A DNA stretch of 64,000 nucleotides from an uncultured bacterium (GTDB lineage: Bacteria; Verrucomicrobiota; Verrucomicrobiia; Limisphaerales; UBA8199), in NCBI GenBank assembly GCA_963749495.1, contig CAVVMW010000005.1, positions 416,001 through 480,000 of the forward strand. Reading direction: 5' to 3'. The notes under the pieces were generated by a model. It ran no database searches, was not told the DNA's origin, and saw only the letters and a list, made by a program, of their open reading frames with translations. A program made the position numbers and the translations under genes. Positions 30,183-42,090 of the stretch are shown one piece after another (the first letter of the stretch is position 1; every line of letters starts with the position of its first letter).

Positions 30183-30437
30183 GCTTGCCGAACAGCACCT
30201 TTTGGCCCGGCCGGCGTATCGCACGAGGCCCGTGCAGTGAACGCCTGGAAAATTGCAGTGAGGCCGGCGCGCGCGCAGGCCAGGCCGGAGGGAAACCAAT
30301 CCGCGTGAAGTTTCGAGCCGCCAGCCAGGCCAATCCAAGGCAGTTCGTGCCGGACGCCGGGCAATTTGGGCCTGGAGCGGCAACCGCTGCCTCGCGGCCC
30401 AGCGGGCCGCCAGAACCCAGCCCAGGGCGTCGGCCTA

Positions 30438-30575
30438 CTGCACCGGACTTGGAGGGACTTTCACGACCTTTGTCGCAGCCTTTGCCGAAACCTTTGTCGA
30501 AATCTGCCTGAGCTTGACAAAGGCCGCGACAAAGGCTGCGACAAAGATACCAAAGTCATCCAAAGTCCGGTGCAG
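30438..30575. mobile_element. MITE with CTGCACCGGACTT TIRs carrying the 12 bp-unit palindrome
   Basis: TIRs at 30438-30450 and 30563-30575; flanked by a 14 bp near-direct repeat CAGGGCRTCGGCCT. Confidence 0.75.
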
Positions 30576-30687
30576 CAGGGCATCGGCCTGGCGGCCTCAG
30601 CCCTGGGCTTGGTTCTGCCGGCCCTTTGGGCCGGAGGTTGGGCTCATCGCGTTGGGATTGGCCGCCCTCACCCGCGCAGTTTCCGAT

Positions 30688-31533
30688 TCATGGGCCATGG
30701 GGGTATTCGATATCCGGGTAGAGTCTGCGCGCGCACGCGGGGCAGATGCTGTGAGTGAATTCCGCATCGGAATGCTCCGCCACGTAGGTCTCGACCTGGT
30801 TCCAGTAGCCTTTGTCGTCGCGGATTTTTTTGCACGAGGCGCAAATGGGAATCAGGCCGCGCAAGGTTTGGACTCGGGCCAAGGCTTCCTTGAGTTGGAC
30901 GATCAACTGCTCCCGCTGGGCCTGCGCCGCCTTGCGCCCGGCGATTTCCCCTTCCAGCCGCGCGTTGGTCTCTTGCAGGACCTTGGTTCGATCCAGGACC
31001 AGCTTTTCGAGGTGGTCCAGCCTGAGCCTGGATTCCTGGCGCAGGGCCCACTTCTCAGTGAGGGTCGCAGCCAACTGCAACACTTCCACGGGCTCGAACG
31101 GTTTCTTCAAAATGATCAGCCGATCCGAGTGGTCGAGTTTGGCCATCATCTCCGCCCAGGAGTAGTCCGAGTAAGCGGTGCAGATGACGATTTCGAGGTC
31201 GGAATCGATCTGCCAGAGCCTGGAGGCGGCCTCGATGCCGTCGCAGCCCGGGGGCATGCGCACATTGACAAAGGCCAGGGCATGGGGGCGCCCTTTCCCG
31301 ATGGCCGCGCGGGCCATGTTGATGCCCTCCTCGCCTTGATAGGCGGAGTCAACTTCGAACGAGAGCCGCTCCCCGGAGACAGCCGGTGAATCAAACAGCA
31401 CGGCCTCCGCATTGCCCAATCCATCCACGTCCGGCTGGGGGGAGCAGAGAACCTTGCGAAAGCCATCATGGATGGCGTGGTTGTCATCGATGACGAGGAT
31501 GCGGAGATTTCTTTGAGTGATCCAGGCGTTCAC
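30688..31533 (-). CDS. Response-regulator-like protein: receiver (Asp replaced by Asn) + coiled coil + Cys/His motif domain
   Basis: ILVIDDN, AFVNVRMPPG, ICTAYS, KKPF; C-terminal LIPICASCKKIRDD..YW...FTHSICPAC. Confidence 0.88.
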   Translation of the reverse strand: MNAWITQRNLRILVIDDNHAIHDGFRKVLCSPQPDVDGLGNAEAVLFDSPAVSGERLSFEVDSAYQGEEGINMARAAIGKGRPHALAFVNVRMPPGCDGIEAASRLWQIDSDLEIVICTAYSDYSWAEMMAKLDHSDRLIILKKPFEPVEVLQLAATLTEKWALRQESRLRLDHLEKLVLDRTKVLQETNARLEGEIAGRKAAQAQREQLIVQLKEALARVQTLRGLIPICASCKKIRDDKGYWNQVETYVAEHSDAEFTHSICPACARRLYPDIEYPHGP

Positions 31534-33538
31534 GCCTTCCTTTCTTCAGGTCTGCACGGCAATTCAAGGACAAAGGTTGCGCCCCGGCCCGGCCCGTCGC
31601 TATGGGCGCTCAGCGTCCCGCCCAATTCCTTGGCGGCCAGCGCCCCGTTGTGCAGGCCAAAGCCATGGCCTTCCTTGCGGGTAGTGAACCCAAGCTCGAA
31701 AATCCGTGGCAGGTTCTCCGCGGAAATGCCGACGCCGTTGTCGATGACCGAGATCCTGACCCGGTTCCCCTTCGCCGCCTCGGTCCGGAGCACCAGCCGT
31801 CTTTGGGCGCCGGCCGCCTCATCCAGAGCATATTTGGCATTGCGCAGCACGTTGACCAGGACTTGCAAGACCTTGTGCTTTTCCACGATGACGGGCGGCA
31901 GTTGGGCATATTCGCGGACCACCTCGACCTGGTGGCGTTCGAAGCCCGCCGCGTTGAGGCGCAACGCGTCCTCCAGCATGTCGTTCACGGGCAACGACTC
32001 GATCACGCCGGCGACATGGGCGTACCTCTGCTGCATCGCCACAATCTCCTTGATGTGCTCGATATCCGCGGCCAACGACGCCAACTCCTTTAAGACCTCC
32101 TCGCGCTCGGTTTGCAGACGCGCAGCCAGGCCCGACAAATAGCCCGGCAGCAGCTTGGCCTTGGGATCCTCGGCAAAGAACCCGGGCAGGTTGCCGGCAT
32201 GGCTTTGGAGCAGCGCGGCGGTCTTGGCCAGGTTGCCCACCTTGGAGCTGCGCAGTTTATCCGCAACCAGCGCGCTGGAGATGACGACGCTGTTGAGCAC
32301 ATTGCCCACGTTGTGCAGGACGCTGGTGGCGACCTCGGCCATGCCGGCCTGGCGCGCGGTCTCCAGGAGTTGGTAGTGCAGGGCTTTTAGCTCTGCTTCC
32401 GCCTGCTTGCGCTCAGTGATGTCACGAACCACGCTGACGCCATACCTGCGGTCCAGCTCGATGAACCGGATATTCGCCTCGACGGGGAAGGTCGAACCAT
32501 CTTTTCTCCGATGCTCAGCCTCGAAGATCGCATGGCCGGATTTCCGCAGTGCTTCATCAACCTGCTGATGAAACTTGGGCTGGCCAAGGGACGGATCGAT
32601 GTCAATGACTGTCATCGAGAGCATCTCCGCCCGGCTATATCCCAGGTTTTGCCAGGTCCGTTCGTTCACATCCAGGATGCGGAGCGTATCGGGGTCCACG
32701 ACCAGGATGCTGTCGTTCGAGCGATCGATGAGCGTGCGGAACAGGAGCAATTCCTGCTGGCCGCGCGCGCGTTGAGTGATTTCGGCCGAGAGTTCCGCGG
32801 TGCGTTCCTGCACCCGCGCCTCCAAGTCCTTTTGGTTCTCCCGCAGGGCCTGCTGGGCTAGGGCCCGCTCCTGCCCGGCCTTGAGCAGGGCGCGGCGCCA
32901 GTTGCGAAACCGGCGCAAGACCACCCCCCAAATCCAGAGTGTCAACCCCAGTCCCCCCAGCGCGCCGAGGGTGCTAAGCCAGAGGCGCCGGACCTGAGCT
33001 TCTTGAGCGGCCGCAAGGCGGTTGGCTGCCAGGGCCAGGGACTCGGAAATCCCTTGTGCGAAGGCCCGCTCGGTCTCTCGATATTCCTCGGTGGAGAGGA
33101 CGCGTTGCGCCTCGGCCAGGCGGCCCTGGCGCGCCAGATCGAGGGCCCGATGTTCCACCCGGATCGAGGCGCGGTTGGCCTCGTCGGTCCGTCTTGCCCC
33201 TAAGGCAGTCTCGGGCCGGCCTCCTGCCGCCGCGCCTCCTGGATTGCAGCATCCAACCGGGGCTCGGCCTGAAGGTAGCGTTCCTCCCACTTTGGGTCTC
33301 CGGTCGCGGCTGCGAGCAGGGCCGACATGTCCATGAGGTCGTTCAGGTGCCCGATGGCGCCACGCAATTCCACAAAGCGCAGATAATGCGCCTGGGTGGT
33401 GGTCACAAAGCGGCAAGCGCGCAACTCGCTCCACACCAGCAGCAGGCAAAGCCCGCCGGTAAGGAGCATCGCTGCCCCCATCCAACGCGACGGGAAGCGC
33501 AGGTCCACGCCCAAGACGCTGGTGCTTGGGTCGTTCAT
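31530..33538 (-). CDS. Membrane PAS sensor histidine kinase; frameshift at ~33213
   Basis: Two TM segments, PAS/PAC, AEVATSVLHNVGNVL H-box, HATPase G boxes. Confidence 0.88.
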
Positions 33539-33539
33539 T

Positions 33540-35707
<2,168 letters not shown>

Positions 35708-35711
<4 letters not shown>

Positions 35712-37006
35712 GCAGAAGAATTCGTGCGATGCATTACAGCGTGATTGCCCCTCACCCCGGCCCTCTCCCCCTCGGATGGGGAGAGGGAGAGGGCGCGGAC
35801 GGCAGCGGGAACATCGGGCGCCAAATCGTCAAGGCATTGCCTCACCGTCCGGAGCAGGACGTCCGCCGGACACGGTTTGCGGAGAAAGCAAACGCCGGCA
35901 TTGGGGACGAAGCCGGTTTCCTTGGTCAGCGCCTCCAGGTTATAGCCGCTCATGAAAATGACATCCAGCTCCGGCCTTTGCGCGCGCAACCGGCGCGCCA
36001 GGCCCTGGCCGTTCACCCCTCCGGGCAATACGATGTCGGTGAGCAACAGCGCAATTTCGTTTTGGCGCCGGCCCCAGACGCCCAGGGCGTCGCGGGCGCA
36101 AGCGGCTTCCCAAACCTTGTATCCGAAATTCTCCAGCACGCGTCGTGTAATCCCGCGGACCGGCAGTTCGTCCTCCACCAGCAGGATGGTTTCGTGGCCC
36201 CCCCGCAGGCCGGCTCCGGGGGCCGCGGCGGCCGGCGCCCTGGCCGGTGGCGGGATGACAGGCAGGACAATCCTGAATGTAGCGCCCTGGCCCAGGCGGC
36301 TGGACACCTCGACCCAGCCCCGGTGCTGCCTGACAATGCCATGCACGGTCGCCAGCCCAAGGCCGCTGCCCTTGTTCGGTTCCTTGGTTGTGAAGAAACG
36401 CTCGAAAATCCGCGAGAGATGTTCCGGCGCGATGCCGATGCCGGTGTCCCTCACGCTCAAACAGACAAACTCCCCCTCGCGGGCCTGGGGATTGGCTTGA
36501 GCGCGCGCAGCGTCCAGGCTCACCTTTTCCGTTTGGATGTGCAGTGTGCCGCCGCGCGGCATGGCGTCGCGCGCGTTCATGACCAGGTTCACCAGCACCT
36601 GCTCCAGCATGCCGGGGTCGCCTTGGACAAAGGGCAGGTCTTTGGCGTAATGACATTCCAAAATGATGTCCTCGCGGATAATCCGTTTGAGCATTTTGGC
36701 CAGGTTGGCAACCAGGTCGTTGAGCGCCAGCGGGTGGGGCTGCACCGCCTCGCTGCGGCTGAAGAGGAGCAGTTGCCGGGTCAGGCCGGCGGCGCGGTCG
36801 GAGGCGCGGACGATCTGCTCGATATCAGTCCTCGCCTGGGTGTTGACGTGGCTGGCATCCATGAGCAGCAGTTCGGCGGTGCCGCGGATGACCGCCAGCA
36901 GATTGTTGAAGTCGTGCGCCACCCCGCCGGCGAGCAGGCCCACCGCCTCCAGCTTTTGGGCCTGGCGGAGTTGCGCCTCCAGTTGGCTGGGTGATGGACT
37001 GTTCAT
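35708..37006 (-). CDS. Sensor-less hybrid histidine kinase HisKA-HATPase-REC
   Basis: Starts about 8 residues before [24 protein letters not shown]-terminal receiver. Confidence 0.9.
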
Positions 37007-37467
37007 AAGGCCGGTTGCAGAGCGGCGGGGCGTTGCAGGAACGGCTCGTTGATGGCAGCCCAGAACGTGCCCGTGGCCTCCAAAACCGCGGCAAGGTGTT
37101 CGAAACCCAGTGGTTTGATCACATAAGCATTGGCGCCCAGTTCATAGCTCTGAAGCAGATCCGAGTTCTCGCCAGAAGAGGTGAGCATGACCACCGGGAT
37201 GGTCTTCAATCCGGGATCGGACTTGACCTGGCGCAGGACCTCGAATCCGTTGAGCCGCGGCATTTTGATGTCCAGGAGCACGACTGCCGGATGGCCGGGC
37301 GGCCGGCCGGCGAACCGGCCCCGCGCGCACAAATAATCGAGCGCCTCGACGCCGTCCCGCGCCACCACCACGCTGTCGGCGAGGTGGCAGTCCTCGAGCA
37401 CCGAGAGGGTCAGCTCGACATCTTTGGCGTTGTCTTCAACCAGCAAAATGCGCCTGAGTGTGCCCAT
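37003..37467 (-). CDS. Stand-alone response regulator (Rcp1-like)
   Basis: [32 protein letters not shown]. Confidence 0.92.
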   Translation of the reverse strand: MGTLRRILLVEDNAKDVELTLSVLEDCHLADSVVVARDGVEALDYLCARGRFAGRPPGHPAVVLLDIKMPRLNGFEVLRQVKSDPGLKTIPVVMLTSSGENSDLLQSYELGANAYVIKPLGFEHLAAVLEATGTFWAAINEPFLQRPAALQPAL

Positions 37468-37472
37468 GAAAC

Positions 37473-39071
37473 TCAAAAGGGTTGAACGACTCGCAGGACC
37501 CATGCCAGGAGAACAACCGGCGGGAGAAGGCCCGGCGGCTCCGGCAGGAGCGATGCCCCGCCCGGGCCTGGTTGCGGGAGCGAGAAATAGAAGGTCGCTC
37601 CCTGGCCGGGCTTGCCTTCAGCCCAGGTCCGCCCGCCGTGGCGGGCAATCACGCGCCGGACGCTGGCCAGGCCGATGCCGGTGCCCTCGAATTCCTGGTC
37701 GGTGTGGAGCCGCTGAAAGACGCCAAAGAGCTTGTCCAAGTAGGTCATGTCGAAGCCGACGCCGTTGTCGCACACGAAAATGACCGTCTCGCCGGGGCTG
37801 CCCGGGCGCGAGCCGACCTGGATGCGGGCGGGGTCTCGAGGGCGGGTGTATTTAATGGCATTGGAGAGCAGATTGAGCATGACCTGGCGGAGCATGGGCG
37901 GGTCGGCCTGCACCACGGGCAGCGGGCCTGTGGACCAAAGGACATTGCGGCCTTTGAGTTCGGGCTCCAGTTCGCGGATGACGTCCAGGACCAGGCGGTG
38001 GAGATCGACCGCCCCCCGCCTCAGTTCGGTGCGGCCCATCCTCGAGAAGACCAGCAGATCGTCGATCAGGCGCCCCATCTGGTCTGCCGCATCGGCAATC
38101 TGGTCCAGGTAGTGCCGGGCTTGGCCGGGGAGGGTGGGGCCGAGGGTTTTCTTGAGCCGGCCGACAAAGCCGCAGATGTGCCGGAGCGGGGCGCGCAGGT
38201 CGTGAGAGACGGAGTAGGAAAAGGCCTCCAGTTCGCAGTTGACGGCCTCAACCTGGGAGGTGCGGTCATGGACGCGTTTTTCGAGTTCCTCGTTGAGTTT
38301 GCAGAGCTCCGCCTCGGCCTGCTTGCGCCGGGTGATGTCAATGACGCCCGTCATCAAGTGGGATGTTTTGCCCTGCTTGTCCCGGCGCGAAACCATCCCG
38401 ACGTCCGCCCACACGATGGACCCGTCCTTATGGATGAATCTCTGCGTGAAACGGGCCGAGTCTCTTTCGCCGGCAAACAGTGAATCGATGAGCCTGGCGC
38501 TGGATTCAATGTCCTCCGGATGAGTGATCTCCCGCCAGGTGCGAATGGACAATTGGTCCTGGGAGTAGCCCAGGATCTCGCAGAGGGCTCTGTTGACCCG
38601 CATCTGCCCCGAAGGCAGAGTAATGGCCTTGCCGAACGGCGAATGGTCGAAGAAGTAGCGGAACCTCTCCTCGCTTTCGGCCAGGGCCCGTTGGGCGCGG
38701 TGGCGCTGGACGGCATACCGCAGCGCGCGCGTGAGCAACTCGGCGGACAGGCTGCTCTTGGCCAGGAAATCCTGGGCCCCGCGATGGACCGCCTCGAGGG
38801 CGGCCTCCTCGTCCCTCAGGCCGGTAAGGACAATGATGGGGAACCGGTCGGCAACCTGTTCCTGCGCCCGGGCCAGCGTCTCCAGCCCTTGCGAGTCGGG
38901 CAGACCCAGGTCCAGCAGCAGCACGTCCCAGGCCGCATCACGAAGCGCGGCCAGGGCCGCGCCCCATTCTCCCACCTCTCCCAACTCGAACGCGTGCCGC
39001 GGCGCCTCTCCGAGCATCTCACGGATGAGGCGGGCATCGGCGGGGCTGTCTTCGACAAGCAGAACTCTCAT
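37473..39071 (-). CDS. REC-PAS-HisKA-HATPase kinase (Cph1-type kinase core)
   Basis: LLDLGLPDSQG, PAS, FSYSVSHDLRAPLRH, FQRLH..EFEGTGIGL. Confidence 0.92.
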   Translation of the reverse strand: MRVLLVEDSPADARLIREMLGEAPRHAFELGEVGEWGAALAALRDAAWDVLLLDLGLPDSQGLETLARAQEQVADRFPIIVLTGLRDEEAALEAVHRGAQDFLAKSSLSAELLTRALRYAVQRHRAQRALAESEERFRYFFDHSPFGKAITLPSGQMRVNRALCEILGYSQDQLSIRTWREITHPEDIESSARLIDSLFAGERDSARFTQRFIHKDGSIVWADVGMVSRRDKQGKTSHLMTGVIDITRRKQAEAELCKLNEELEKRVHDRTSQVEAVNCELEAFSYSVSHDLRAPLRHICGFVGRLKKTLGPTLPGQARHYLDQIADAADQMGRLIDDLLVFSRMGRTELRRGAVDLHRLVLDVIRELEPELKGRNVLWSTGPLPVVQADPPMLRQVMLNLLSNAIKYTRPRDPARIQVGSRPGSPGETVIFVCDNGVGFDMTYLDKLFGVFQRLHTDQEFEGTGIGLASVRRVIARHGGRTWAEGKPGQGATFYFSLPQPGPGGASLLPEPPGLLPPVVLLAWVLRVVQPF

Positions 39072-39535
39072 CGCGCGAGGGGGGTCTTGCCGTTGGGCGG
39101 GAAGGTCACCACGCCCAGCCAGAAGTCCTCGAGGGCGCGAATGACGCGCAGGAACTCTTGCAGGCCGACCGGCTTGGTCACGTAAGCGTTTGCGCAAAGG
39201 TTGTAGGAGCGGATGATGTCCTCCTCGGCCGTCGAGGTGGTGAGCACGACGACGGGAATGCGCTTGAGCTCGTCGTCCTTCTTGATTTCGGCGAGCACCT
39301 CGCGCCCGTCTTTGCGCGGCAGGTTCAGGTCGAGCAGAATTAAATCCGGTTTGGGCGATCGCGCGTGCTTTCCTTCGTGGCGAAGGCAAGCCATCGCTTC
39401 GATGCCATCCCCGACCACCTGCAACGTCTTGACTGCCTTGCCGTCTTTGAGGGCTTCGCGGGTCAAACGCACGTCGGCGGGGCTGTCTTCCACGAGCAGG
39501 ATGATGATGGGACGAACTCTGGTCTCGATGCTCAT
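39068..39535 (-). CDS. Stand-alone response regulator (Rcp1-like)
   Basis: LLVEDSPAD, LLDLNLPRKDG, LTTS, ANAYVTKP, DFWL. Confidence 0.93.
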   Translation of the reverse strand: MSIETRVRPIIILLVEDSPADVRLTREALKDGKAVKTLQVVGDGIEAMACLRHEGKHARSPKPDLILLDLNLPRKDGREVLAEIKKDDELKRIPVVVLTTSTAEEDIIRSYNLCANAYVTKPVGLQEFLRVIRALEDFWLGVVTFPPNGKTPLAR

Positions 39536-40719
39536 ACGGGGGACGGGGTAATGGCTGGAAGGGTGAAATGGAAAGTGGAACCCTGGCCGAGGGCCGATTC
39601 GACCCAGATGCGGCCGCCATGGCGCTCGACGCTCTTTTTGCACACGGCGAGCCCGATGCCGGTGCCGCCGTATTTGTCCTGGCTGTGGAGCCGCTGGAAG
39701 ATGACAAATAGCCGGCCGAAGAACTGCGGATCGATGCCGATGCCGTTGTCGCGGAAGCTCAGGGTCCACTCGCCATTTTGCAGTGCCGCCGAAATATGGA
39801 TGCGCGGCGGCTCGCCGTCGCGGCGGAACTTGACGGCATTGCCGAGCAGGTTCTGGAAAAGCTGGACGAGCTGTGCCATGTCGCCCTGGACCGTGGGGAG
39901 CGGGTCGTGAGCAATCGTTGCGCCGCTCTCGGCTATAGCGGCTTCGAGATTGGACCGCGCAGACGCGAGCACCTGCTCGCACGCCACCGGCCCAAACGGC
40001 GTGACCCGGGTGCCCACGCGGGAGTAAGTGAGCAAATCGTCGATGAGCTTCTGCATCCGGTTTGCCCCGTCCACGATAAACCCGATGAAGTCGTCGGCAT
40101 CGGCATCCAGTTTCCCGGCATACCGTTTGGCCAGCAATTCGGAAAAGTTGGCGATTCCACGCAGCGGTTCCTGCAGGTCGTGCGAAGCCACATAGGCGAA
40201 ATGCTCCAGGTCCTTGTTGGAGCGGCCCAGCTCCGCGAGGCTTTGTTTGAGCGCCGCCTCCGCCGGCGTGCGCGCGCCGATGTCCCGAGCGGCCGCGAAG
40301 ACCCCGACCACCTGGCCTGTTCCATCCCGATAGACGGTCGCGTTGCATAACACCGAAGTGATCCGCCCGTCCCGGTGCCGCAACCCCAATGGGTAATCCC
40401 GCACCGACCCTTCCCGGAAGACCTGCTGATAGCCCGACCGGGCGGCGGCGGGCTCGGTGAAATAGTCCGAGAAATCTGTCCCGATTAACTGCTTGCGGGA
40501 GAATCCCGTCGCGGCCTCGGTTGCTGCGTTCACGTCGGTGATTTTGCCGTCCGGCCCGATGGTCACCAGCGGATCCAAGCTGGCTTCAATCAGGCTGCGG
40601 TTATAGGCGCTGGAATCTATGAACCGCCGGGATTGTTGGTGGGCGAGGCGCAGCGCCTCTGCGGCCCGCTTCCTCCGGGCAGACAGGTCTGGAAACCACT
40701 TCATGGCGAACAGGTTCAT
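39532..40719 (-). CDS. Cytoplasmic PAS histidine kinase (Cph1-type core)
   Basis: SLIEASLDPLVTI PAS; FAYVASHDLQEPLR; GTGIGLAVCKK. Confidence 0.92.
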   Translation of the reverse strand: MNLFAMKWFPDLSARRKRAAEALRLAHQQSRRFIDSSAYNRSLIEASLDPLVTIGPDGKITDVNAATEAATGFSRKQLIGTDFSDYFTEPAAARSGYQQVFREGSVRDYPLGLRHRDGRITSVLCNATVYRDGTGQVVGVFAAARDIGARTPAEAALKQSLAELGRSNKDLEHFAYVASHDLQEPLRGIANFSELLAKRYAGKLDADADDFIGFIVDGANRMQKLIDDLLTYSRVGTRVTPFGPVACEQVLASARSNLEAAIAESGATIAHDPLPTVQGDMAQLVQLFQNLLGNAVKFRRDGEPPRIHISAALQNGEWTLSFRDNGIGIDPQFFGRLFVIFQRLHSQDKYGGTGIGLAVCKKSVERHGGRIWVESALGQGSTFHFTLPAITPSPV

Positions 40720-40785
40720 CAGCGCCTCGTGCGCGATTGTATGGCTGCAAGGCCGGAGCGCATAGTCACGGAAACACCCGCGCGA

Positions 40786-41118
40786 TCAGGGCGCACTGGA
40801 TCCTCCGACCGGTGCGGTCGCGGGCACCGCCGCCTCCATTCGAGCCAGCCGCTGTTCGAGCTTGAGGACGGAGTCCGAGAGTTGGTCTTGCTGGTGACGG
40901 GAGAAAGCAGGGTGGTTGACCCACCAATCCACGCCAATCTCCTTGGCCTTGTCCACGGAACAGACCAGCAATCGAATCTGAATGGTTAGCAGTTCGATAT
41001 CGACCAGCTTCACCTTGATGTCGCCGGCAATGACGATGCCTTTGTCCAGGATGCGTTCGAGCAGATCGGCGAGCGTCGCGCCGTTGGTCGCGTGTTGGAT
41101 GTGCGATTGCGGGGTCAT
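40786..41118 (-). CDS. gvpJ: Gas vesicle protein GvpJ (GvpA family)
   Basis: [42 protein letters not shown]. Confidence 0.9.
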   Translation of the reverse strand: MTPQSHIQHATNGATLADLLERILDKGIVIAGDIKVKLVDIELLTIQIRLLVCSVDKAKEIGVDWWVNHPAFSRHQQDQLSDSVLKLEQRLARMEAAVPATAPVGGSSAP

Positions 41119-41122
41119 CGTG

Positions 41123-41698
41123 TCACAAGAGTCTGCCCAGCGGGCCCAGGTCGAGATTCAGGTCGTCCAGCTCCAGGCCCAGGTCTTTGGCCATGCGCTC
41201 GATCTCCTGCGCCTGCCGCATCAGAGTGACTCCGAGCCTTTCCATTTCGGCGATGCTCAGCGAACCGGCTTCCATGCGGCGCACAGCCTGGCGCTTCAGG
41301 AGTTCGTGCAGCAATCTGATCAGCGCCAGGACGAGTTGGCCCAGCCCGTTTTTCTCCGGGGCAGCGCCGGCGCGGACGCATCCCGACAGTGCCCCCACCG
41401 CCCGGGGCCGGACCGGAGTGCGCCCGTCCTCGGGCGCAGCGGCGTCCGCAGCCAGCGCAGTGGTCGAGTACCTGCGGCGCGCCTGCCCGCGCCGTCGCCG
41501 CTGCGCCCGGGGACGCGCGCACGCCGGGGGGAGCCTCCACGATTTCGGAATGGTGCATTGGGACCATGAACCGGGTTGGCATGCCTGCCGCGCTTGCGTT
41601 TTGGACTGCGGCAGTCCTCTGCCGCTTTTTGGACCCTGGGGACGCGAAAGCGGCAGAGGACTGCCGCAGTCCAAAACCTTCGGAATTCGGCGGTTCAT
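41123..41698 (-). CDS. gvpK: Gas vesicle protein GvpK domain with repeat-derived N-terminal extension
   Basis: GLGQLVLALIRLLHELLKRQAVRRMEAGSLS..E.ERLG..L...DLNLDLGPLGRLL; ATG at 41698 overlaps the upstream TGA. Confidence 0.85.
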   Translation of the reverse strand: MNRRIPKVLDCGSPLPLSRPQGPKSGRGLPQSKTQARQACQPGSWSQCTIPKSWRLPPACARPRAQRRRRGQARRRYSTTALAADAAAPEDGRTPVRPRAVGALSGCVRAGAAPEKNGLGQLVLALIRLLHELLKRQAVRRMEAGSLSIAEMERLGVTLMRQAQEIERMAKDLGLELDDLNLDLGPLGRLL

Positions 41699-41835
41699 GG
41701 AGAGTGCGCCCGTCCTCGGGCGCAGCGGCGTCCGCAGCCAGCGCAGTGGTCGAGTACCTGCGGCGCGCCTGCCCGCGCCGTCGCCGCTGCGCCCGGGGAC
41801 GGGCGCACTCCGGGGGTAGTGTCGGGATACGCCCC
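41373..41835. mobile_element. Composite/nested MITE with perfect 7 bp TSD (GCCGGCG)
   Basis: 24 bp TIRs like those of 35509-35684; internal palindrome duplicated around a TTTTGGACTGCGGC hairpin module; TSD at 41366-41372 and 41836-41842. Confidence 0.88.
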
Positions 41836-42090
41836 GCCGGCGGCGCCCCACTGCGGCTGCGCGCCACCGCGCAGCACGCGTCCGGGCTTGGGCCGCTCAT
41901 CGCCCGCGCCACCCGGCTCCTGCCCCGTCTCGATGGAGCTGATGACCAATTGCAGGCCGAGGTAGAGCAGGTCGATGTCGGCTACCGAGATGGTCACTTC
42001 GCCCAGGGCCACGACGCCGGTGTGGAGCACTCGGTCTAGCGCGTCGCACAAGGACACCGGCCGTTGGTGTTGAAGCCCGAGGTCACGCAT
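41695..42090 (-). CDS. GvpA-family accessory protein (GvpS/M-like); ancestral N-terminal half of a GvpK fusion
   Basis: SLCDALDRVLHTGVVALGEVTISVADIDLLYLGLQLVISSIET. Confidence 0.85.
   Translation of the reverse strand: MRDLGLQHQRPVSLCDALDRVLHTGVVALGEVTISVADIDLLYLGLQLVISSIETGQEPGGAGDERPKPGRVLRGGAQPQWGAAGGAYPDTTPGVRPSPGAAATARAGAPQVLDHCAGCGRRCARGRAHSP

Noticed and set aside
37473..40719. Phytochrome light sensing
   Set aside because: Kinase cores and receivers are Cph1/Rcp1-like, but there is no GAF-PHY module and no LOV NCRFLQ motif.
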